DNA of 62,689 nt, counting the filler, from a bacterium (lineage in GTDB: Bacteria; JAMORN01), in assembly GCA_027063545.1 (NCBI GenBank). It is 11 parts of 11 records of this genome, joined end to end, with 100 filler letters (N's around TTAATTAATTAA, not from the genome) between each part and the next. Parts side by side here need not be neighbours in the genome. Positions count along the whole stretch, not along the records: positions 54,374 to 62,689 come from JAMORN010000121.1; 10 more parts are not named here. The stretch is one strand, 5' to 3'. The position numbers and the translations under genes were made by a program. Shown here piece by piece: positions 54,374 through 62,689 of the stretch; within the stretch, counting starts at the first letter, position 1; each line of letters begins with the position of its first letter. Under the pieces are notes generated by a model that searched no databases, was not told where the DNA came from, and was given only the letters and a program-made list of their open reading frames with translations.

Positions 54374-55276
54374 CTTTGCTCTATAAACTTTTAGATTATT
54401 TTCTGAAGCAATAAAATCAGAAAGCATTGATGTTGAAAGATTAACAACTATATCACTTCTCTTCTTATTTAAAAAGCCTAAATAAGCTAAAGGAAGTGTG
54501 TACTCCTCACTTAAAACCCCAAGTTTTTTATCTACCAAAACAAGCCTATCACCATCTGGATCTAAAGCAAAACCTATATCAAGATCTTTTTCCCTTACTA
54601 AATTCTCTAAATCCCTTAATGAATCCTTTGTAGGCTCTGCCACTCTCCCAAAAAATCCTGTAATTTCAGTATTAACCTCAAAAATACTCCAATCTAAATA
54701 ATCCTCAAAAAACTCTCTCAAAAGAAAAACTCCTGAAGAATTTACTGTATCAATCCCTACTTTTAATTTTAGTTCTTTAATTTTTTCTATATCAATAATT
54801 TTTGTTTTTATTATATTCTCTATATGATTCTTATTTGCCAAATTATACTTTTTATACCTCCCAAAACTATCATATCTTTTGTACGAAATAGAAAACTCTT
54901 TATTCAACATTAAATTAATCTCATCTTGAGATAAAAACTCCCCATTTTTATTTAAAAACTTTAATGCATTCCATTCTATTGGATTATGACTTGATGTTAT
55001 TATTATCCCTCCATCTGCCTTTAGTTTTTTTACATTAATCTCAACCGTTGGTGTAGTAACAAGGTCTAAATCAATTACATCAATGCCATAAAAATTTAAT
55101 ATAGAAATAACTAAATTCTTTATTGCCTCTCCTGTAATTCTAGAATCTCTACCTATAACAACAGTTTTTGGCTGAATATAGTTTATATACTTCTTTAAAT
55201 AATCTATTAAAACCTCTGGGGTTAAACTCTCTCCAACAATACCTCTCAATCCTGATACAGAAAACTTTAAACTCAA
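54374..55276 (-). CDS. Phosphohexomutase (phosphoglucosamine/phosphomannomutase family), truncated
   Basis: SVSGLRGIVG, GRDSR, TSSHNP, DPDGDR. Confidence 0.92.
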
Positions 55277-55287
55277 AAAACTCTCCT

Positions 55288-56538
55288 TTATTCTAAAAAT
55301 TTATCCATATTTTCAACAATCTTTTTAGCAAACTCAGATGTCTTTACAGTTGTTGCCCCCTCCATTTGTCTTGCTAAATCATAAGTTACATACTTAGATT
55401 TTATTGTATCTTCCATTGCCTTATATATAAGATTAGCAGCCTCATACCATCCAATATGCTCAAGCATCATAACACCTGAGAGTATCAAAGAACCAGGATT
55501 TACCTTATCCTGCCCTGCATATTTTGGAGCCGTTCCATGGGTTGCCTCAAATAAGGCTACCTCATCTGAGATATTAGAACCTGGTGCCATTCCAAGACCA
55601 CCAACCTGTGCTGCTAAAGCATCAGAAATATAATCCCCATTTAAGTTGGTTGTTATAATTATATCGTATTCATCAGGTCTTATAAGTATTTGCTGAAACA
55701 TAGCATCTGCTATTCTATTTTTTATTAAAATTTTTCCTTCTGGAACTTCTGCTCCGTTTAAATCTTCTTCAAAAACAACTACATCAGAAAACTCATCTCT
55801 TGCAACCTCATAACACCAATTTTTAAAATATCCTTCTGTATATTTCATTATATTACCTTTATGCATAACTGTTATTGAACGCCTTTTATTCTTGATAGCA
55901 TACTTTATTGCCATTCTCATAAGCCTTTTGGTCGCAAACTCAGATATTGGCTTTAATCCCAAGGAAGCATCTTCTCTTAATTCTATATTAAACTCCTTCT
56001 TTAAAAACTCTTTTATCTTTTTTAAATCCTCATCATCTTTATCCCACTCAATTCCTGCATAAACATCCTCTGTATTTTCTCTGAAAACTACCATATTAAC
56101 CTTTTCTGGATGCTTTACCGGTGCTCCAACACCTTCAAAATATCTTACAGGTCTTATACAGGCGTATAAATCAAGAACCTGTCTTAGTGTTACATTTAGC
56201 GATCTAATTCCTCCGCCAACTGGGGTTGTTAAAGGTCCTTTTATTGCTACTTTGAAATATCTTATTGCTTCAAAAGTTTCATCTAAAATCCATTCTCCTG
56301 TTTTATTATAACACTTCTCTCCCGCAAAAATCTCCATCCATTTGATACCTTTTTTCCCTCCATAGGCCTTTTCAACAGCACTATCTAATACTAACTTTGT
56401 TGCTCTCCATATATCTGGACCAATACCATCTCCTTCTATAAAAGGAATTATAGGCTTATCAGGAACCTTTAACTCTCCGTTTTCTACCTCTATTACTTCT
56501 CCATCATTTGGAATCTGAGAATATTTTAACTCTATCAT
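55288..56538 (-). CDS. icd: NADP-dependent isocitrate dehydrogenase
   Basis: [49 protein letters not shown]. The GAGAGG RBS favours the ATG at 56538. Confidence 0.97.
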   Translation of the reverse strand: MIELKYSQIPNDGEVIEVENGELKVPDKPIIPFIEGDGIGPDIWRATKLVLDSAVEKAYGGKKGIKWMEIFAGEKCYNKTGEWILDETFEAIRYFKVAIKGPLTTPVGGGIRSLNVTLRQVLDLYACIRPVRYFEGVGAPVKHPEKVNMVVFRENTEDVYAGIEWDKDDEDLKKIKEFLKKEFNIELREDASLGLKPISEFATKRLMRMAIKYAIKNKRRSITVMHKGNIMKYTEGYFKNWCYEVARDEFSDVVVFEEDLNGAEVPEGKILIKNRIADAMFQQILIRPDEYDIIITTNLNGDYISDALAAQVGGLGMAPGSNISDEVALFEATHGTAPKYAGQDKVNPGSLILSGVMMLEHIGWYEAANLIYKAMEDTIKSKYVTYDLARQMEGATTVKTSEFAKKIVENMDKFLE

Positions 56539-56539
56539 A

Positions 56540-59164
56540 CTATACCTCTCCATTTTTTATTTTATTTAATACATAAACCAAAATTCCACCTGCTTTATAA
56601 TACTCTACCTCTACTTCTGTATCAAGCCTTGCTTTTACATTAAATACTATTTCTCTTCCGTCTTTCTTTACCCCTCTAACTTTTAAAATCTTTCCTGGCT
56701 CTATATCTTCTATTCCTTCTATATAATACTCCTCTTTACCGTCTAAACCTAAACTTCCATAATTCTCTCCATTAATAAACTCAAGTGGAAGAACACCCAT
56801 TCCTATTAAATTACTTCTATGAATCCTTTCAAAAGACTCTGCAATCACTGCCTTTATTCCCAATAACATTGTACCTTTTGCTGCCCAATCACGAGAAGAA
56901 CCTGTTCCGTATTCCTTTCCTGCTAAAACTATTAAAGGAATACCCTCTTTTTGATACTCTACTGCAGCCTCATAAACTGTCATCTCTTTACCTTCTGGTA
57001 GTTTTAGAGTATATCCCCCTTCCTTTGGAGCAACAAGTTTATTCTTTATTCTTACATTTGCAAATGTACCCCTTACCATTACCTCATGATTTCCTCTTCG
57101 TGATCCATAAGAATTAAAATCTTTAGGATCAACACCATTTTCTATTAAATATCTTCCTGCTGGAGAATCTTTAGGTATAGCCCCTGCTGGAGATATATGA
57201 TCTGTTGTTACACTATCACCTAATACTAATAACACTCTTGCCTTTTTTATATTCTTTACGTTATAATCTCTATCCATTATGTCAAAAAATGGAACCCTCT
57301 TTATATAGGTAGATTTCTTATCCCAATCATAGGTATCACCCTCTGGGACATCAAGTTCTTGCCAATGATGTGTTCCTTCTAAAATCTTTTCATACTTCTC
57401 TTTGAAATACTCTTTTTTCAATGCTAAAGAAAGATACTCTTTTATCTCCTCCATTGAAGGCCATATATCCTTTAAATAGACAGGGTTTCCATCTTTATCC
57501 TCTCCTATCGGTTCACTATCAAAATCAATATTAATTCTTCCTGCTAAGGCAAAAGCCACAACAAGAATAGGCGAGGCTAAAAAGTTTGTTTTTACCTTGG
57601 AATGAATTCTTGCTTCAAAATTTCTATTTCCAGAAAGAACAGAACTTACTACCAATGAATTCTCATCTATTGCTTTTTCTATATCCTCTGCTATTGGCCC
57701 ACTATTTCCTATACATGTTAAACAACCATAACCTACAATATTAAATCCTAACTTCTCTAAGTAAGAAAGAAGATTTGCCTCTTTTAAATATTTTTCAACA
57801 ACCCTAGAACCAGGTCCAAGTGATGTTTTTACATAACTTTTTACCTTAAGTCCCTTTTCTACAGCCTTCTTTGCTAAAATACCTGCGCCTATCAATAAGG
57901 TTGGATTTGATGTATTTGTACATGATGTGATTGATGCAATAACAATAGAACCATCTTTTAAAGTCTCTCTCCTTCTCTCTAACTTCACCTCTCTTATCTT
58001 TTCCACATTAAACTTTTTTAATATTTCCTTCTCAAACTTTTCCTTTAAATTCTTTAAAACAATTCTATCCTGGGGCCTTGATGGTCCTGCAACTGCTGGT
58101 TCAATTCTGCTTAAATCAACCTCTATCACCTTATTATATTCCCTTTTCTCATCATTACCATCATAAAATAGACCATTCTGCTTAGTATAAGCCTCAACAA
58201 TCTCAGCAATATCATCTCTTGCAGTTAATCTCAAGAAATTAATTGTCTCTTCATCAACTGGACAATAACCTGCTGTTGCTCCATATTCTGGAGCCATATT
58301 TGCTAAAATTGCTCTATCTGGTAAAGAGAGTTTTTTATAACCCTCTCCAAAATACTCAACAAACTTCTCAACAACACCCTCTTTTCTTAAAAGTTCAACT
58401 ATATATAAAACTAAATCTGTTGGGGTAACCCCTTCTTTTAACTCTCCAACAAGTTTTACACCAACAACCTGAGGAAGTTTCATATAATAAGGCTGGCCTA
58501 ACATAACAGCTTCTGCCTCAATTCCACCAACACCCCAACCTAAAACACCTATACCATTTATCATTGTGGTATGAGAATCTGTCCCTATTACTGTATCTGG
58601 ATATAATACCCCATCCTTTTCTCTAACAACCTTTGCAATATATTCAAGGTTAATCTGGTGTATAATACCAGAGCCTGGTGGAAAAATTCTCATATTATTA
58701 AAGGCTTTTTGTGCCCATTTTAGAAGTCTATATCTTTCACTATTTCTCTCAAACTCTTTATCCATGTTCTTTTCTAAGGCATCATTTGTCCCGTAGAAAT
58801 CAACCTGAACAGAGTGATCTATTATTAAATCAACATCAACTAGAGGATTTACTTTTTTAGGATCTCCTCCTAACTCTTTAATTTTATCACGAGCAGAAGC
58901 CAAATCAACAACTGCTGGCACACCTGTAAAATCCTGCATTATTACCCTTGCTGGATAAAATGGGATCTCAACAACCTTATTAAAATTTTTATCAAAACCT
59001 AAAACCTCATTTATATGCTCTTTTTTTACAATTCTATCATCATACTTTCTCAATAAATTTTCCAATAAAACCCTAATTGAAAATGGAAGTTTTTCTATAT
59101 TATAGTCCTTTATGGAATAATAAGTATAACTTTTATTACCTATTGAAATATTCTTTTTCTTCAT
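56540..59164 (-). CDS. acnA: Aconitate hydratase A
   Basis: [65 protein letters not shown]. Confidence 0.98.
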   Translation of the reverse strand: MKKKNISIGNKSYTYYSIKDYNIEKLPFSIRVLLENLLRKYDDRIVKKEHINEVLGFDKNFNKVVEIPFYPARVIMQDFTGVPAVVDLASARDKIKELGGDPKKVNPLVDVDLIIDHSVQVDFYGTNDALEKNMDKEFERNSERYRLLKWAQKAFNNMRIFPPGSGIIHQINLEYIAKVVREKDGVLYPDTVIGTDSHTTMINGIGVLGWGVGGIEAEAVMLGQPYYMKLPQVVGVKLVGELKEGVTPTDLVLYIVELLRKEGVVEKFVEYFGEGYKKLSLPDRAILANMAPEYGATAGYCPVDEETINFLRLTARDDIAEIVEAYTKQNGLFYDGNDEKREYNKVIEVDLSRIEPAVAGPSRPQDRIVLKNLKEKFEKEILKKFNVEKIREVKLERRRETLKDGSIVIASITSCTNTSNPTLLIGAGILAKKAVEKGLKVKSYVKTSLGPGSRVVEKYLKEANLLSYLEKLGFNIVGYGCLTCIGNSGPIAEDIEKAIDENSLVVSSVLSGNRNFEARIHSKVKTNFLASPILVVAFALAGRINIDFDSEPIGEDKDGNPVYLKDIWPSMEEIKEYLSLALKKEYFKEKYEKILEGTHHWQELDVPEGDTYDWDKKSTYIKRVPFFDIMDRDYNVKNIKKARVLLVLGDSVTTDHISPAGAIPKDSPAGRYLIENGVDPKDFNSYGSRRGNHEVMVRGTFANVRIKNKLVAPKEGGYTLKLPEGKEMTVYEAAVEYQKEGIPLIVLAGKEYGTGSSRDWAAKGTMLLGIKAVIAESFERIHRSNLIGMGVLPLEFINGENYGSLGLDGKEEYYIEGIEDIEPGKILKVRGVKKDGREIVFNVKARLDTEVEVEYYKAGGILVYVLNKIKNGEV

Positions 59165-59186
59165 ATCAATCTAGCCTCCCTGTATA

Positions 59187-60323
59187 TTATAAATTCTTAA
59201 CATAATTATAAACTGGCAATTCTGTTTTAATATATGCTTTTAAAATTCCATTTAAATCAAAAATATATATACCGCTGTTACCTTCGCTATCTGTACCACC
59301 TGTAATAATATAAGAATCAAAAAGTTTTAAACTAGTAATACTATAATCTAAACTTGTGATAACATTAAGTTTCCCATCAGAAATTTTGGCAATTCTACCA
59401 GAAAAGCCTGTAGATGTCCAATTACCAACAATTGTATATATATTCCCTTCAGCATCTATATCCAAAAATTTTACATTTATACTATTATTTTCATCATCTT
59501 TATACACAATCTCAACACTATCTGTTTGAGGATCAAATCTTAAAATACCTCCATCACCTCCTAAAAGATAACTTCCTACACAAATAAAGTAGTATTTATT
59601 ATCATACTCAATAAAATCACTTACAGGATTGTTTATTGGTAATTGTATGGTATCTACTACTTTCAACGTTTTTAAATCTATTTTTAATATTTCACTAGGC
59701 TTTTCTGATACCCATGTAGTATCATTTAAATTTTGTAATGTAATATAATAATAATCACCATACACAAATCCATGATCTGGATCTGGATTGAAATTATATA
59801 CTAAAGAAATAGTATCCATTAAAGACATATCATCCATTCTATAAAAAGCAATTTCTCCTTTATTATACATAGGTATAATTAAAGTATTATTATAAATATC
59901 TAAATCATAAGGATTATTATAATTAGATAAAGATAACTCTTCTATCTCAGAAAGTGTGTCTCCTTTAATTTTAAACTTCATTAATGTTGCTGGTGATTCC
60001 ATATTTCTATTTAGAATAATAAGTAAAGAATCTATTCTGTACCCTATAGGATCTCCAGATAACTTTATTCCATAACTAAAACCTGATAAAGAAGTATCTT
60101 CTATTATTTTAAACAAAAGCCCTGTTGAATAATCTGTTAAAACAACATATAATTCCTTTTTTTTAACATTATCTAAATCTTGCATATTTAGATTTACGGT
60201 ATCTAAGGTAGAATCTTCTCCCGCTACTGGATTTGTATTATCTTCTGAAGATGAACACGAAAATATAGTAGAGTTTATTAAATATAAAATTAATATAAAT
60301 AAAACCCAACTAAATCTTTTCAT
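59187..60323 (-). CDS. Hypothetical lipoprotein, probable beta-propeller
   Basis: IFSC lipobox; repeated short beta-blade motifs (NPYDL, ILKIDLKTLKVVDTI, GGILRFD). Confidence 0.65.
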   Translation of the reverse strand: MKRFSWVLFILILYLINSTIFSCSSSEDNTNPVAGEDSTLDTVNLNMQDLDNVKKKELYVVLTDYSTGLLFKIIEDTSLSGFSYGIKLSGDPIGYRIDSLLIILNRNMESPATLMKFKIKGDTLSEIEELSLSNYNNPYDLDIYNNTLIIPMYNKGEIAFYRMDDMSLMDTISLVYNFNPDPDHGFVYGDYYYITLQNLNDTTWVSEKPSEILKIDLKTLKVVDTIQLPINNPVSDFIEYDNKYYFICVGSYLLGGDGGILRFDPQTDSVEIVYKDDENNSINVKFLDIDAEGNIYTIVGNWTSTGFSGRIAKISDGKLNVITSLDYSITSLKLFDSYIITGGTDSEGNSGIYIFDLNGILKAYIKTELPVYNYVKNL

Positions 60324-60376
60324 ATATACCTCCTTATTTGTTTTATTTTTTTAACTTTTTTCAAAAAAAAATAAAT

Positions 60377-61324
60377 TTAATAACCTATAATCTCAAATAT
60401 CTTTTCTACTATTTGAGAAATACTATAACTATCAAAACATCTATAATCTCCATATTTACAACTTTTTTCTCCATGTAAGGAGCAAGGTGAACATTTTAAA
60501 TTACTATAAAAATTATATCCATTTAATACTTTAAAACCTAAATCCGGATGCGTCGGACCCCATAATGTTATTGTATAAATTCCTAAAGCTTCAGATAAAT
60601 GTTTTACCCCACTATCAGAGGTAATAACTATTTTTGCTGAAGAAATCACTTGTGAAAAATCTAAAATATCCTTTATAATATATTTCTTTTCGTTTTTAAA
60701 GTAGCAATCTTCTACTATTTTTATTTCTGTTTCTATACCTGATATTAAAATATTCTTTATTTCTCTATTTTTTAACTCCTTTATTATTCTTTCCCAATAG
60801 AAAAATGGATAGGTCTTTTGTCTTTTACTAGCAAATGGATGAATTAATACATCAATAGTTTTTAATATATTATTATCTTTTAGTTGTAAATAAGGTCTTT
60901 TATATTTTTCTATATCATTATAATCAAATAAAATAAATCTTAAACTTTCAAAATATTTTTCTATAAGATGTTTATTATCTGGATTCTTTTTAAATATATG
61001 TCTATATAATCTATTTGAATTATAAGTATAATATTTTAGAGGATATTTTAACCTAAATAAATATGTTTTTAACTTCTTCTGTAAATCTATTATATAATCA
61101 TATTGTTGAGTATGAATAATTTTAAAAAAAATTTTAAAAAAATCTTTTGTATCTTTAAAGTAAAAAACTTGGTTAATAAAATCTTGAATTTCAAATATTT
61201 TATAGTATTGCTTCTTAGTTAAAAAATCTACAATAAATCCTTTATCTGATAAATATTTCAGTAGAGAACTACTTAAAATCACATCTCCTAGGGCAGAATA
61301 CCTTATAATTAGAACTTTTTTCAT
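60377..61324 (-). CDS. GT9-family (LPS heptosyltransferase-like) glycosyltransferase
   Basis: IIRYSALGDVIL, IDLQ, TSDSGVKHL, LWGPT, CSPCSLHG..C...C. Confidence 0.9.
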   Translation of the reverse strand: MKKVLIIRYSALGDVILSSSLLKYLSDKGFIVDFLTKKQYYKIFEIQDFINQVFYFKDTKDFFKIFFKIIHTQQYDYIIDLQKKLKTYLFRLKYPLKYYTYNSNRLYRHIFKKNPDNKHLIEKYFESLRFILFDYNDIEKYKRPYLQLKDNNILKTIDVLIHPFASKRQKTYPFFYWERIIKELKNREIKNILISGIETEIKIVEDCYFKNEKKYIIKDILDFSQVISSAKIVITSDSGVKHLSEALGIYTITLWGPTHPDLGFKVLNGYNFYSNLKCSPCSLHGEKSCKYGDYRCFDSYSISQIVEKIFEIIGY

Positions 61325-61376
61325 ATTTTTAAAATATCTTTTTTTTTTAATGTAAAATAGTTTATTTTATAGTTGT

Positions 61377-62072
61377 ATGAAAGAAAAAAGAGAATATCAA
61401 GTATATATTGTAGGTACTCCAATAGGAAATATCGAAGATATTTCTATTAGAGCTGTTAATATATTAAAAAACGTTGATGAAATTTATTGTGAAGATACTA
61501 GGGTATCTAAAAAACTACTATCTTATTATGGAATAAATAAAAAATTATTCTCATATAATGACTTTAATGAAGATAAAAAAAGTGAAGAAATTATAAAAAA
61601 AGTGAAATTAGGTAAAAAAATAGCTCTTATTTCAGATGCCGGAATGCCTGTTATATCAGACCCAGGATATAAATTAGTAAAAAAAATGATTAAAGAAAAT
61701 ATTGAATATACAGTTGTTGGAAGTACTTCAGCACTTATTAATGCTTTAATCCTTTCAGGATTACCTCCAAATAACTTTATGTTTGTAGGCTTTCTACCCA
61801 AGAAAAAAGGAAAAAGATTTGAAAAATTGAGTTACCTTTTATCTCTAAATACTACTATTATAATATATGAATCACCTTATAGACTAGATTTATTAATAAA
61901 AGAATTGTATAACTTAAATAAAAATATTATTTTAGTAGTGGTAAAAGAGACAACAAAATTATTTGAAAAAGTTTATAGAGGCAAGGTTGTTGATTTTTTT
62001 GAAGGAAATATAAAAATAAAAAAAAAGGGAGAGTTTGTAGTTTTATTTAATCCTGAAATAGATGAAATATAA
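61377..62072 (+). CDS. rsmI: 16S rRNA (cytidine1402-2'-O)-methyltransferase
   Basis: VGTPIGNIEDIS.RA, CEDTR, SDAGMPVISDPG, YESPYR, KGEFV. Confidence 0.95.
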   Translation: MKEKREYQVYIVGTPIGNIEDISIRAVNILKNVDEIYCEDTRVSKKLLSYYGINKKLFSYNDFNEDKKSEEIIKKVKLGKKIALISDAGMPVISDPGYKLVKKMIKENIEYTVVGSTSALINALILSGLPPNNFMFVGFLPKKKGKRFEKLSYLLSLNTTIIIYESPYRLDLLIKELYNLNKNIILVVVKETTKLFEKVYRGKVVDFFEGNIKIKKKGEFVVLFNPEIDEI

Positions 62073-62075
62073 ACT

Positions 62076-62663
62076 ATGGAAAGAAAAACAAAATTAGAGA
62101 GAAAAACTAGAGAAACAAATATTTCTGTTGAAGTTAATCTTGATGGTAAAGGTAATTATAATATAGATACACCTATAGGTTTTTTAAATCATATGTTAGA
62201 ATTATTTTCTAAGCATTCTTTGATAGATTTAAACATAAAGGCAGAAGGTGATATTCATGTTGACTATCATCATCTAGTAGAAGATTTAGCTATTGTAATG
62301 GGAAAAGCTATAAACGAGGCTTTAGGAAAAAAGGAAAAAATAGAGAGATATGGTTTTTTTATCTTACCTATGGATGAAAGCTTAGTAGAAGTAGTTGTTG
62401 ATTTAAGTGGAAGGCCTTATCTAGTATATAATGTAAAAGTTAGTAGAGAAAAAATAGGAGATTTTGATACAGAACTTTTTAAAGAATTCTTTATTGCTTT
62501 TACTCATAATATAAAGGCAAATATACATATAAATTTGAAATATGGTGAAAATACTCACCATATATTTGAAGCTGTATTTAAAGGTTTAGCAAAAGCTTTA
62601 AGAATGGCAATAACAATAAATCCAAATATAGAAGGTATAAATTCAACAAAAGGTATTTTATAA
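62076..62663 (+). CDS. hisB: Imidazoleglycerol-phosphate dehydratase
   Basis: RKTRET, FLNHML, DYHHLVED, PMDES, NTHHIFEAVFK, STKG. Confidence 0.97.
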   Translation: MERKTKLERKTRETNISVEVNLDGKGNYNIDTPIGFLNHMLELFSKHSLIDLNIKAEGDIHVDYHHLVEDLAIVMGKAINEALGKKEKIERYGFFILPMDESLVEVVVDLSGRPYLVYNVKVSREKIGDFDTELFKEFFIAFTHNIKANIHINLKYGENTHHIFEAVFKGLAKALRMAITINPNIEGINSTKGIL

Positions 62664-62676
62664 GGGGGATAAAGAT

Positions 62677-62689
62677 ATGAAAATAGCAA
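62677..62689 (+). CDS. Start of next gene (MKIA...), probably hisH
   Basis: GGGGG RBS then ATG AAA ATA GCA. hisB-hisH is a common order, but only 4 codons are visible. Confidence 0.45.

Noticed and set aside
60324..60376. Cobalamin riboswitch upstream of the propeller lipoprotein
   Set aside because: Only 53 nt of A/T-rich sequence, with no room or conserved core.

Overview
This window is not one locus. It is 11 draft-assembly contigs joined by ten artificial 100-nt spacers (N44-TTAATTAATTAA-N44, stops in all six frames), so adjacency across a spacer means nothing, with one exception at 15144-15243. The DNA is very AT-rich (roughly 25% GC by eye). It comes from a diderm bacterium, probably FCB-group and possibly Fibrobacterota-like (inference): it encodes LptF/G, TonB, TolC, OmpA, and several secreted proteins with 'YPNP(FNP)' secretion-type C-terminal domains, including two GH9 glucanases, plus a GH8 lipoprotein. 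Most content is housekeeping: ligA, pabABC, leuA, tpiA-secG-tRNA-Leu-lptFG, rpiB-glyA, fba-gap, acnA-icd, rsmI-hisB. The standout is the 1.5-kb contig at 3222-4722. It carries a type IV CRISPR-Cas fragment: a Cas6-like gene followed directly by a Csf3 (type IV Cas5) gene. Upstream on the same strand is an unannotated CRISPR array end, made of the 30-nt repeat GTTTATAAAGAACATATGGTTGGTTTAAAG, a 38-nt spacer and a degenerate 23/30 terminal repeat, cut off by the contig end. Secondary points are a LigA ending in the beta-clamp motif QLSLF, a probable non-canonical start codon, a degenerate GH106-like protein, a GT41/HMW1C-like glycosyltransferase, and a Csd6-like L,D-peptidase coupled to a 788-aa coiled-coil protein. 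All family calls come from motif recognition by eye; no database searches were run.
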